A DNA stretch of 41,375 bases from an uncultured Flavobacteriales bacterium (GTDB lineage Bacteria; Bacteroidota; Bacteroidia; Flavobacteriales; BACL11): assembly GCA_950069165.1 (NCBI GenBank), contig CATMIT010000002.1, positions 1-41,375 on the forward strand, in the 5' to 3' direction. Below the pieces are notes generated by a model. That model was not told where the DNA came from, searched no databases, and saw nothing but the letters and a program-made list of their open reading frames with translations. Positions 1-9,063 of this stretch are shown here, one piece after another. The first letter of the stretch is position 1, and each line of letters opens with the position of its first letter. The position numbers and the translations under genes are program-made.

Positions 1-2
1 GA

Positions 3-983
3 ATGATTTCTTTAATGGGATTAGACACCATAAAAGTTCCAGGGATGACTGTGAACAGATATTGTTCTTCAGGATTAGAAACTATTGCAATTGCAAATGC
101 AAAAATACAAAGTGGAATGGCCGATTGCATTATTGCAGGTGGTGTAGAGTGCATGTCACCTATCCCATTTGGAGGGTGGAGAATTATACCAAATTATGAT
201 GTAGCAAAAGACAATTCTGATTGGTACTGGAACATGGGACTTACTGCTGAGGCAGTTGCCGACAAATGGAACATCAGCAGGAAAGACCAAGATGAATTTG
301 CTTTTAACTCACATAAAAAAGCACTTAACGCAATTGAGAAAGGCTACTTTAAAAGTGGAATTGCACCCATTACCGTAAAGGAAACTTATTTGGATGAAAA
401 CGAAAAAAGACAAGAAAGAGAATATGTTGTAGATACGGATGAAGGACCAAGAAAAGGAGGTTCAGTAGAAGCACTAAACAAATTAAGAACTGTATTTGCT
501 CAAGAAGGAACGGTAACTGCAGGAAACGCATCTCAAACTTCTGATGGAGCAGCTTTTGTTTTATTGATGTCAGAAAAAATGGTTAATGAATTAGAAGTAA
601 AACCAATTGCAAAACTATTGAGTTACTCAGTAGCAGGTGTTGAGCCAAAACACATGGGAATAGGACCAATAGAAGCGATACCAATGGCATTGGAAAAAGC
701 AGGATTGAAACTGGGAGATATTGAACAATTTGAATTGAATGAAGCCTTTGCTTCTCAATCCTTAGCAGTTATTCGTGAATTAGGACTGAACCCAGACATT
801 GTAAATGTAAATGGTGGAGCAATTGCCTTAGGACATCCACTAGGTTGTACAGGAGGAAAACTTACTGTTCAATTGATAAACGAAATGAAAAGAAGAAAGC
901 AGAAATACGGTATGGTTACCATGTGTGTAGGTGCAGGACAAGGAGCGGCCGGAATTTTTGAAATTTTAGAAAATAACCTATAA
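3..983 (+). CDS. 3-ketoacyl-CoA thiolase / acetyl-CoA C-acyltransferase, 5'-truncated by the window edge
   Basis: The ORF is open to the window start. Thiolase signatures present: NRYCSSGLE (nucleophilic Cys), NEAFASQ, and [15 protein letters not shown] (C-terminal His/Cys). Confidence 0.9.
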   Translation: MISLMGLDTIKVPGMTVNRYCSSGLETIAIANAKIQSGMADCIIAGGVECMSPIPFGGWRIIPNYDVAKDNSDWYWNMGLTAEAVADKWNISRKDQDEFAFNSHKKALNAIEKGYFKSGIAPITVKETYLDENEKRQEREYVVDTDEGPRKGGSVEALNKLRTVFAQEGTVTAGNASQTSDGAAFVLLMSEKMVNELEVKPIAKLLSYSVAGVEPKHMGIGPIEAIPMALEKAGLKLGDIEQFELNEAFASQSLAVIRELGLNPDIVNVNGGAIALGHPLGCTGGKLTVQLINEMKRRKQKYGMVTMCVGAGQGAAGIFEILENNL

Positions 984-1010
984 ACGAAACCAAACTAAAA
1001 AACCACAAAA

Positions 1011-3434
1011 ATGAAAAACAAGTACATTGTCGATTTAACGGAAGTAGAACTATCTGATCTTGAACTAGTTGGAGGAAAAAATGCATCCTTAGGAGAAATG
1101 ATTCAGAATTTATCAAAATTAGGAGTAAATATTCCAGGAGGATTTGCCATTACAGTTGAGGCTTATTGCGAATTTATCAATCATAATAAATTAGATAAGA
1201 AAATTAGATCACTCATTAAAAAGATGAAAAAAGATGATTTGATTTCATTGAAGAAAACTGGATTAGAAATAAGGCAATTAATTAGAAATGGTAAGTGGCC
1301 GAGACAGGTAAAAGAAGAAATCAGGAATAGCTATACCCTCCTATCTCAAAAATATGGATCAGACATTACAGATGTTGCCGTGCGTTCATCTGCTACTGCT
1401 GAAGATTTACCAGAGGCATCTTTTGCAGGACAACAAGAAACTTTTTTGAATGTAAGAGGTCCTGAGGAAATTCTTACTTCTGTCAGAAATTGTTTTGCTT
1501 CCCTTTTTACAGATCGTGCAATTTCCTATCGTGATGATTTTGGATTCGACCATTTTGATATTGGACTTTCGGTTTGTGTGCAAAAAATGGTTCGTTCGGA
1601 TTTAGCTTCTTCTGGAGTAGCTTTTTCATTAGATACTGAAAGTGGATTTAAAGATGTTGTTTTAATAAATGGCTCTTATGGATTAGGTGAAAGTGTTGTT
1701 CAAGGTACTGTTTCACCAGATGAGTTTTTGATTTTCAAACCTACTTTAAAGGAAGGATTTGCATCTATTATTGAAAAGAAAATGGGAAAAAAGGAGAATA
1801 AAATGATTTATTCAACCGACCCAGGACAATTGGTAAAAACGGTACATGTAGGCAATACACAACAAGATGAATTTTGTATCACAGATCGTCAAGCATTAAA
1901 ATTGGCAAAATGGGTTTGTATTATTGAAGATTACTACACCAAGCTAAAAGGATATTGGTGCCCAATGGATACAGAATGGGCAATTGATGGGCTTTCAGGG
2001 AAATTATTTATTGTTCAAGCAAGACCAGAAACCATACATTCCAGAAAGAAAGACAACTCATTAATTGAATACATTATTGACGACACAAACGAAACAACAA
2101 TAAGATTAACTGGGATTGCTGTTGGCGATAAAATCGGACAAGGAAAAGTACAAAAAATGTATTCACTTGATGGTAGAGATGGTAGTTTTGATGGCTCTGA
2201 CTTTAAAGAAGGAGATATTTTAGTTACTGAAATGACCGATCCAGATTGGGAACCAATCATGAAAAAAGCCTCTGCAATTATCACCAATAAAGGAGGTAGA
2301 ACTTGTCATGCAGCTATTGTTGCCCGTGAAATGGGAGTTCCTGCTATTGTAGGTACAGAAAACGGAACAGAAGTCCTTTTTAATGGAGAAGAATTTACGG
2401 TAAGTTGTGCTGAAGGAGATGTTGGAAAAATATATGAGGGGATAGTTCCTTTCAAATTGAAGAAGACAAAATTGGATAATTTACCAACTACAAAAACGCC
2501 AATTATGTTGAATGTAGCTTCTCCTGATTTGGCCTTTAAATTTGCACAAATACCTAATGCAGGAGTAGGACTTGCCAGAGAAGAATTCATCATTAACAAT
2601 TACATACAAGCACACCCTTTAGCACTCTTAAAACACAAAGAATTGGGGGATGAAGAATTATCAGAAAAGATTAGAGTACTCATAAGAGGATTTGAAGATG
2701 AGGAAACTTTTTTCATAAAACGACTATCCTATGGAGTAGCAAAAATTGCATCTGCTTTTTATCCAAAACAAGCAATAGTAAGAATGTCCGATTTTAAATC
2801 CAATGAATATTACAATCTTTTAGGAGGAAGTTATTTTGAACCAACTGAAGAAAATCCAATGATTGGTTGGAGAGGCGCAAGCCGATATTATTCAGATGAA
2901 TTCGAATATGCTTTTGGGATGGAATGTAAAGCAATAAAAAGAGTGAGAGAAAAAATGGGACTCACAAATGTAACCATTATGATTCCATTTTGCCGTACTG
3001 TAGAAGAATTGAAAAAGGTATACAAAGTGATGAAAAAATATGGATTACAAAGAGGAAAAGATGGACTTCAAGTGTACTTAATGGCAGAACTGCCATCTAA
3101 TATTTTAATGGCAGAAGAATTTGCAAAACACATTGATGGTTTTTCTATTGGTTCTAACGATTTAACTCAACTTACGCTTGGGCTGGATAGAGATTCTTCA
3201 CTTGTTGCTCATATTTATGATGAAAGAAATCCAGCAGTAAAACGATCTATTTCAAACTTGATAAAAGTAGCAAAAAAGACAAATACAAAAGTTGGAATTT
3301 GTGGACAAGGACCCTCTGACTATCCTGATTTTGCTCAATTTTTAGTGGAAGAAGGAATCGACACCATTTCGGTAACTCCAGATTCTATGTTAAAGACAAT
3401 AAAAGCAATTGCGAAAATAGAAAACAAAAAATAA
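1011..3434 (+). CDS. ppsA: phosphoenolpyruvate synthase (pyruvate, water dikinase)
   Basis: 807 aa, ATG start. N-terminal ATP-grasp region (VGGKNASLGEM), phosphohistidine swivel motif GGRTCHAAIVAREMGVPA, and C-terminal PEP-utilising TIM barrel (GSNDLTQLTLG). Confidence 0.9.
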   Translation: MKNKYIVDLTEVELSDLELVGGKNASLGEMIQNLSKLGVNIPGGFAITVEAYCEFINHNKLDKKIRSLIKKMKKDDLISLKKTGLEIRQLIRNGKWPRQVKEEIRNSYTLLSQKYGSDITDVAVRSSATAEDLPEASFAGQQETFLNVRGPEEILTSVRNCFASLFTDRAISYRDDFGFDHFDIGLSVCVQKMVRSDLASSGVAFSLDTESGFKDVVLINGSYGLGESVVQGTVSPDEFLIFKPTLKEGFASIIEKKMGKKENKMIYSTDPGQLVKTVHVGNTQQDEFCITDRQALKLAKWVCIIEDYYTKLKGYWCPMDTEWAIDGLSGKLFIVQARPETIHSRKKDNSLIEYIIDDTNETTIRLTGIAVGDKIGQGKVQKMYSLDGRDGSFDGSDFKEGDILVTEMTDPDWEPIMKKASAIITNKGGRTCHAAIVAREMGVPAIVGTENGTEVLFNGEEFTVSCAEGDVGKIYEGIVPFKLKKTKLDNLPTTKTPIMLNVASPDLAFKFAQIPNAGVGLAREEFIINNYIQAHPLALLKHKELGDEELSEKIRVLIRGFEDEETFFIKRLSYGVAKIASAFYPKQAIVRMSDFKSNEYYNLLGGSYFEPTEENPMIGWRGASRYYSDEFEYAFGMECKAIKRVREKMGLTNVTIMIPFCRTVEELKKVYKVMKKYGLQRGKDGLQVYLMAELPSNILMAEEFAKHIDGFSIGSNDLTQLTLGLDRDSSLVAHIYDERNPAVKRSISNLIKVAKKTNTKVGICGQGPSDYPDFAQFLVEEGIDTISVTPDSMLKTIKAIAKIENKK

Positions 3435-3438
3435 AGAC

Positions 3439-5214
3439 ATGATAAAAGGAGGAGAATTTTTAATAATAGACCAAGAGGCAAACAATATATTTATCCCAGA
3501 AGATTTTGGAGAAGAACAATTGATGATGGCCTCTGCCACTAAAGAATTTGTAGAAAAAGAATTGGATCCACATAGAGAACAATTCGAAAAGAAGGATTAC
3601 AAACTAACTGAGGACTGCATGAAAAAAGCGGGAGAATTGGGACTTTTAGGAATTGGAGTCCCTACAAAATATGGTGGAATGGGAATGCCATTCAACACTT
3701 CCGTTTTAATTTGTGATAGAATTAGCGGTGCTAATGGTTCCTTCTCCACAGCATATGGAGCACATACAGGAATTGGAACCCTGCCTATTCAATTGTATGG
3801 AGATGAAAATCAGAGGAAAAAATATTTACCAAAATTGGCTACTGGAGAATGGATGAGTTGTTATTGTTTAACTGAACCTGGAGCAGGCTCAGATGCTAAC
3901 TCAGGAAAAACTAAAGCAGTTTTAACTGAAGATGGAAAACATTACCTTATTACAGGACAAAAAATGTGGATTTCAAATGCAGGATTTGCAAATGTATTTA
4001 TTGTATTTGCTAGAATTGAAGATGATAAAAACATTACTGCATTCATTTTGGAAAAAGAGATGGAGGGTATAACTATGGGTGAGGAAGAGCACAAATTAGG
4101 ATTAAACTCCTCCTCTACTCGTCAAGTATTTTTTAATGAAGTAAGTGTTTCGGTTGAAAGCCTATTAGGAGGTAGAGGAAACGGATTTAAAATTGCTATG
4201 AATGCCTTAAATGTTGGGAGAATTAAACTCTCAGCTGCAGTATTGGATGCCTGCAGAAGAATGATTTCTCTTTCTACCAACTATTCGAATGAACGTATTC
4301 AATTTGGAGTTCCTATTGCAAAATTTGGAGCAATAAAACATAAATTAGCAGATATGGCTGTACGAACTTTTGCTATTGAATCAGCAACTTATAGAGCTGG
4401 AGCAGAAATTGAAAAAAATATTGGAAGGTTGGAAGCTGAAGGAATAGATCATCAAAAAGCCCACTTAAAAGGAATTGAAGAATATGCTATTGAGTGTTCT
4501 ATTGTAAAAGTTTTGGGTTCGGAAACCATACAGTTTTGTTCGGATGAAGGCATTCAAATTTATGGAGGTATGGGCTATTCTGCAGATACGCCAATGGAAG
4601 CAGCATACCGTGATGCCCGTATTTCTAGAATTTATGAGGGAACAAACGAAATCAACCGAATGTTATTGGTAGGGATGATACTTAAAAAAGCAATGAAAGG
4701 AGAATTAGACATTATGACTCCTGCTTTGAAAATTGCAGAAGATTTAATGAGTATTCCTTCATTTGAAAGACCAGATGAAAGTAAATTATTTGCAGTCGAA
4801 AAAGAGCAAGTGAAGAAATTGAAAAAAGCAATTCTAATGGCAGCAGGAAAAGCAGCTCAGCACTTTGCAATGGACATTGAAAAAGAGCAAGAAGTATTGA
4901 TGAACTTAGCGGATATGGTAATTGAAGTATATACTGCAGAATCTGCAATTTTAAGAGCTGAAAAACTAGCAAATAAAAATGGGGAGGAAGCTACAGAACA
5001 CCAAATCGCAATGAGTAAGTTATTCTTGTATCAAGCAATTAAAAACTGCAACCAATCAGGAGAAGAAGTAATTTTATCTTTTGCAGAAGGAGACGAGCAA
5101 AGAATGTTATTAATGGGATTAAAACGATTTACAAAAGGATACACCATTAACCCTAAAGAAATGAGAAGATCTGTTGCAGCAAAACTGATTGAAGAAAATA
5201 AGTATTGTTTTTAG
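3439..5214 (+). CDS. long-form acyl-CoA dehydrogenase
   Basis: 591 aa. ACAD motifs CLTEPGAGSDA, QIYGGMGY and RIYEGTNEI, plus a C-terminal helical extension. The start lies 4 nt after the ppsA stop. Confidence 0.85.
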   Translation: MIKGGEFLIIDQEANNIFIPEDFGEEQLMMASATKEFVEKELDPHREQFEKKDYKLTEDCMKKAGELGLLGIGVPTKYGGMGMPFNTSVLICDRISGANGSFSTAYGAHTGIGTLPIQLYGDENQRKKYLPKLATGEWMSCYCLTEPGAGSDANSGKTKAVLTEDGKHYLITGQKMWISNAGFANVFIVFARIEDDKNITAFILEKEMEGITMGEEEHKLGLNSSSTRQVFFNEVSVSVESLLGGRGNGFKIAMNALNVGRIKLSAAVLDACRRMISLSTNYSNERIQFGVPIAKFGAIKHKLADMAVRTFAIESATYRAGAEIEKNIGRLEAEGIDHQKAHLKGIEEYAIECSIVKVLGSETIQFCSDEGIQIYGGMGYSADTPMEAAYRDARISRIYEGTNEINRMLLVGMILKKAMKGELDIMTPALKIAEDLMSIPSFERPDESKLFAVEKEQVKKLKKAILMAAGKAAQHFAMDIEKEQEVLMNLADMVIEVYTAESAILRAEKLANKNGEEATEHQIAMSKLFLYQAIKNCNQSGEEVILSFAEGDEQRMLLMGLKRFTKGYTINPKEMRRSVAAKLIEENKYCF

Positions 5215-5226
5215 AAAAGAGAACAA

Positions 5227-6030
5227 ATGACTCAACTCAAAAATAAAACCATACTGATTACTGGAGGAGCTTCTGGAATTGGAAAAATAATGAGTCGTTT
5301 GTCCTTAGAGAGAAATGCAAAAGTTATTATTTGGGATATTAATACTCAAAACATAGAAAATACCTTAAAAAGGTTAAATCCTTTAGGAAATATCACTTCT
5401 TATGTGGTTGATATTTCTAATCTTTCACAAATAGAAAAAACTGCAGAACAACTTAAAAAAGAGCATGGATATATTGATATTCTCATCAACAATGCAGGAA
5501 TAGTTGTAGGGAAATATTTTCATGAGCACAATGCAACTGAAATTGAAAAAACCTTCAGTATTAACAGCTCTGCTCCTATGCATATTTGCAATCAGTTTTT
5601 AAAAAATATGATGGAAGAAAATGCTGGACATATTTGCAATATAGCATCCTCAGCCGGCTTAGTTGCTAATCCTAAAATGTCAGTTTATGCAGCAAGTAAA
5701 TGGGCTATTTTTGCATGGTCCGATAGTTTGCGTTTGGAAATGAAACAACTCCAAAAAAATATTCAAGTCACCACTATCCTCCCTTACTACATAAATACTG
5801 GAATGTTTGATGGTATACAATCTCGCATCCCCATTTTGGATGCAGAAGCAGCCGCACTAACGATTATTAAGGCAATAGAAAAGAACAAGAAAATCATTAG
5901 CATTCCTGGGTGGATTTATCGTTTTACTCGTTTTGGGCAGGCCTTTATGTCGGTGGATGTGTTTGATTGGTTTGCAGGAAGTATTATGGGAATTTACAAA
6001 ACCATGGATGATTTTAAAGGACGTAAATAA
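5227..6030 (+). CDS. short-chain dehydrogenase/reductase (SDR) family oxidoreductase
   Basis: Rossmann motif TGGASGIGK, NNAG, and catalytic YAASK (YxxxK). Confidence 0.85.
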   Translation: MTQLKNKTILITGGASGIGKIMSRLSLERNAKVIIWDINTQNIENTLKRLNPLGNITSYVVDISNLSQIEKTAEQLKKEHGYIDILINNAGIVVGKYFHEHNATEIEKTFSINSSAPMHICNQFLKNMMEENAGHICNIASSAGLVANPKMSVYAASKWAIFAWSDSLRLEMKQLQKNIQVTTILPYYINTGMFDGIQSRIPILDAEAAALTIIKAIEKNKKIISIPGWIYRFTRFGQAFMSVDVFDWFAGSIMGIYKTMDDFKGRK

Positions 6031-6048
6031 TTAGCTTATCTTTGAAAA

Positions 6049-7419
6049 ATGGATATTGCAAAAATTGTAAATCAGCAAAAGAGTTTCTTTAATTCTAACT
6101 CCACAAAAGAGGTTAATCTCAGAATTGAAACTTTAAAAAAGTTAAAACTCATTTTAAAAGAAAATGAGGATAAACTCTATACTGCTATTTATGATGATTT
6201 TAAAAAGTCAAAATTTGAAACTTACCTTACGGAACTATCCCTTATTTATAACGAACTGAATGATGCGATTAGGAATCTGAAAAAATGGAGTAAGCAAAAA
6301 AGGGTAAGAACCAATCTTGCTAACTTTCCTGCCAAAAGCTATATTATCCCTGAACCATTGGGAACTATTTTGGTTATTTCCGCTTGGAACTATCCGTATC
6401 AAATTGCACTTATTCCTGCTATTTCGGCAATTGCTGCAGGAAATACAGTGGTGATAAAACCTTCTGAAATTCCTAATAATACAAGTAAGGTATTAGCACA
6501 ACTTATCAATACTAATTTTGATGAAAATCACCTTACAGTAATAGAGGGAGATGTAGCAACTACCACTGAATTACTCCAGCAAAAATGGGATAAAATCTTC
6601 TTCACAGGAAGTACTCCTGTCGGGAAAATAATTTACAAAGCAGCAGCCGAAAACTTAACTCCTGTAACTTTAGAATTGGGAGGAAAAAGTCCAACTTTTG
6701 TTTTAGCAGACTGTAACATAAAGATAACAGCTAAAAGAATAGTTTGGGCAAAATTCCTAAATGCAGGACAAACTTGCATTGCCCCTGATTATCTGTTAGT
6801 AGAAAAACGGGTAGAAACAAAACTATTAGAAGCCTTAAAAAAAGAAATTGAGGATTTTTACCCTCATTCCGAAAACATAAACGAAAACTATGTTCAAATT
6901 GTAAATGAAAGAAATTTTAACCGACTAGCACAACTTATTCCTACTGATAAAATTTATCATGGAGGGGAGGTAAATCCAGAAAACAGAAGTATCGCCCCTA
7001 CCCTTTTGCGCAACATTGGTTTTGAAGACCACATAATGCAAGATGAAATTTTCGGACCAATACTTCCTATTATTGCCTTTGAAAACTTAGAGGATGTAAT
7101 AAAAAAAGTGAAAGAAAAAGAAAAGCCACTTTCACTATATATCTATTCCATAAACAAAAAAGTAATCAAAAAGATACTCCATGAAATTTCATTTGGAGGT
7201 GGTGCAATTAACGAATCCTTAGTTCAAATGTCCAACCCTAACTTGCCTTTTGGAGGAGTTGGAGCAAGTGGAATAGGAAACTATCATTCCAAAACTGGGT
7301 TTGATACTTTCACCCATTACAAAAGTATTTTACACAAAACATCTTGGTTGGAACCCAATATAAAATACACACCTTTTACAGAATTGAAAAGTAAAATCTT
7401 AAAATTCCTTTTAGAATAA
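6049..7419 (+). CDS. NAD(P)+-dependent aldehyde dehydrogenase, class-3 / fatty-aldehyde type
   Basis: 456 aa. ALDH motifs ELGGKSP (Glu) and GQTCIAPDY (catalytic Cys), plus EIFGPILP. Confidence 0.85.
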   Translation: MDIAKIVNQQKSFFNSNSTKEVNLRIETLKKLKLILKENEDKLYTAIYDDFKKSKFETYLTELSLIYNELNDAIRNLKKWSKQKRVRTNLANFPAKSYIIPEPLGTILVISAWNYPYQIALIPAISAIAAGNTVVIKPSEIPNNTSKVLAQLINTNFDENHLTVIEGDVATTTELLQQKWDKIFFTGSTPVGKIIYKAAAENLTPVTLELGGKSPTFVLADCNIKITAKRIVWAKFLNAGQTCIAPDYLLVEKRVETKLLEALKKEIEDFYPHSENINENYVQIVNERNFNRLAQLIPTDKIYHGGEVNPENRSIAPTLLRNIGFEDHIMQDEIFGPILPIIAFENLEDVIKKVKEKEKPLSLYIYSINKKVIKKILHEISFGGGAINESLVQMSNPNLPFGGVGASGIGNYHSKTGFDTFTHYKSILHKTSWLEPNIKYTPFTELKSKILKFLLE

Positions 7420-7448
7420 CGCATATTTCAGAAGTCTTATTTTGGGGA

Positions 7449-7805
7449 ATGTTTGGTATTTGTGCAGAAATAGCATTTACTTCTATTTTCAACCTCATTA
7501 CAAAAAAGAAAATTGCTTTAATGGGACATACTTCCCTTTAGATGTTTCCAATTTATGCTTTCGGATTATCCTATGGTTTTGATTTAGCAGAAAGTCTTAT
7601 TCAGAATGATCTCATTCGATATTTATCCTATCCTATTTGGGTTTGGATGATTGAAATTTTGGTAAGTTATCCTTTATTAAAACTTGGCATACGACTTTGG
7701 GATTACAGTTATTTAAGCAAAGAAAAGCATTGGAAAGGTATCTTCAGTTTTGTTCATTTCCCAGCTTGGATTTTCCTAGGAATTCTGGTAGAATACATCA
7801 AGTAA
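7449..7805 (+). pseudogene. small polytopic membrane protein (resembles the 'putative ABC-transporter type IV' / CmpB-like family) interrupted by an in-frame TAG at 7539-7541
   Basis: A single reading frame gives ...VLFWGMFGICAEIAFTSIFNLITKKKIALMGHTSL*MFPIYAFGLSYGF...RLWDYSYL...HFPAWIFLGILVEYIK. The ORF-track entry 7542-7805 is only the distal part. TAG is one substitution away from TGG (Trp). The family assignment is from memory of the PIYGFG / WDYS motifs. Confidence 0.5.
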
Positions 7806-7857
7806 ATACTGATTTAATTAATATCAGATAGCAAATTCCTTTTGATATCTTTACAAC

Positions 7858-9063
7858 ATGAAATTTACAACATTTAAGTTCGGAAACGAATTGCAAGAAG
7901 GGCTTGATATGATGGGATTTGAAAAGGCCACCCCAATACAAGAACAAGCAATACCCATAATACAAGCAGGGAGAGATTTAATCGCATGTGCACAAACAGG
8001 AACAGGAAAAACAGCAGCTTTTGTGTTGCCCATTTTGGACAAGCTCACAAAAGGGCATCAAAATAATAAAGTAAATACAATAATTATTGTACCAACTAGG
8101 GAACTTGCCAAGCAAATTGACATGCAAATTGAAGGGTTTTCCTATTTCACCAATTCATCTTCTTACCCTATTTATGGTGGAGGAACTGGAGTGGAGTTTG
8201 ACAATCAGAAACAAGCACTTAAAAATGGTGCGGATATCATTATTTGTACTCCTGGTAGATTATTGGCTCATTTAGATTTTGATTATTTTGATACTTCAGG
8301 GGTTCAGCATTTTATATTGGATGAAGCAGATAGAATGTTAGACATGGGATTTTTTGATGATATTATGAAAATTACAAAATCATTACCTGAAAAAATGCAA
8401 ACACTTTTGTTTTCAGCAACAATGCCTCCAAAAATTAGAACACTTGCTACCAAATTACTCGATAATCCGGCAAGTATAAGTTTAGCAATTTCAAAACCTG
8501 CAGCAGGTATTACTCAATCTGCTTATATGGTACACGATAGCCAAAAGGTAAATTTGGCAAGAGAAATACTAAGAGCAAAAGGAAAAGATTTAAGTCATGT
8601 CCTCATTTTTGCCTCAAGCATAAAAAGTGTAAGAGAAATTAAAAAAACTTTAAACAGAGCAGGAATGAAAGCCTCTGAAATGCATTCTGGGTTGGATCAA
8701 AGCGAAAGAGAAGAAACCATAAGAGACTTTAAAAATAAGAAAATTAGAATCTTAGTTGCTACCGATATTTTATCCAGAGGAATAGATATCCAAGAAATTG
8801 AATTGGTTATTAATTATGAAGTACCTCATGATGCAGAGGATTATGTGCACAGAATTGGGCGTACTGCCAGAGCGGACAGAACAGGAGAAGCTATTACTTT
8901 TATTAGTCCAAAACAAGTGCGAAACTTTAAGGATATTGAAAAACTGATTGAAAAAGAAGTTCCAAAACTTAGTTTACCAAATGGTTTTGAGAGAGCTCCT
9001 GAATATAAGATTCAAACAAAGAATAAAAAGAATAAACAGTGGAGAAAATTCAAGAAGAAGTGA
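7858..9063 (+). CDS. DEAD-box ATP-dependent RNA helicase (RhlE-like)
   Basis: Motifs AQTGTGKT (I), PTRELA (Ia), DEAD (II), SAT (III) and HRIGRTAR (VI), with a Lys-rich C-terminal tail. Confidence 0.9.
   Translation: MKFTTFKFGNELQEGLDMMGFEKATPIQEQAIPIIQAGRDLIACAQTGTGKTAAFVLPILDKLTKGHQNNKVNTIIIVPTRELAKQIDMQIEGFSYFTNSSSYPIYGGGTGVEFDNQKQALKNGADIIICTPGRLLAHLDFDYFDTSGVQHFILDEADRMLDMGFFDDIMKITKSLPEKMQTLLFSATMPPKIRTLATKLLDNPASISLAISKPAAGITQSAYMVHDSQKVNLAREILRAKGKDLSHVLIFASSIKSVREIKKTLNRAGMKASEMHSGLDQSEREETIRDFKNKKIRILVATDILSRGIDIQEIELVINYEVPHDAEDYVHRIGRTARADRTGEAITFISPKQVRNFKDIEKLIEKEVPKLSLPNGFERAPEYKIQTKNKKNKQWRKFKKK

Noticed and set aside
7539-7541. In-frame TAG read as pyrrolysine or as genome-wide stop-codon reassignment
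   Set aside because: TAG clearly terminates other genes in this window, such as the acyl-CoA dehydrogenase at 5212-5214. No pyl genes or methyltransferase context are present, and Pyl is not known in this phylum. A nonsense mutation or sequencing error is far more likely.
7809-7827. Imperfect palindrome ctgat-ttaattaat-atcag between the membrane-protein gene and the helicase gene, considered as a terminator or operator
   Set aside because: The stem is only 5 bp, the loop is 9 nt and AT-rich, and no U-tract follows. This is too weak to call. It may be a chance AT-rich palindrome containing TTAATTAA.
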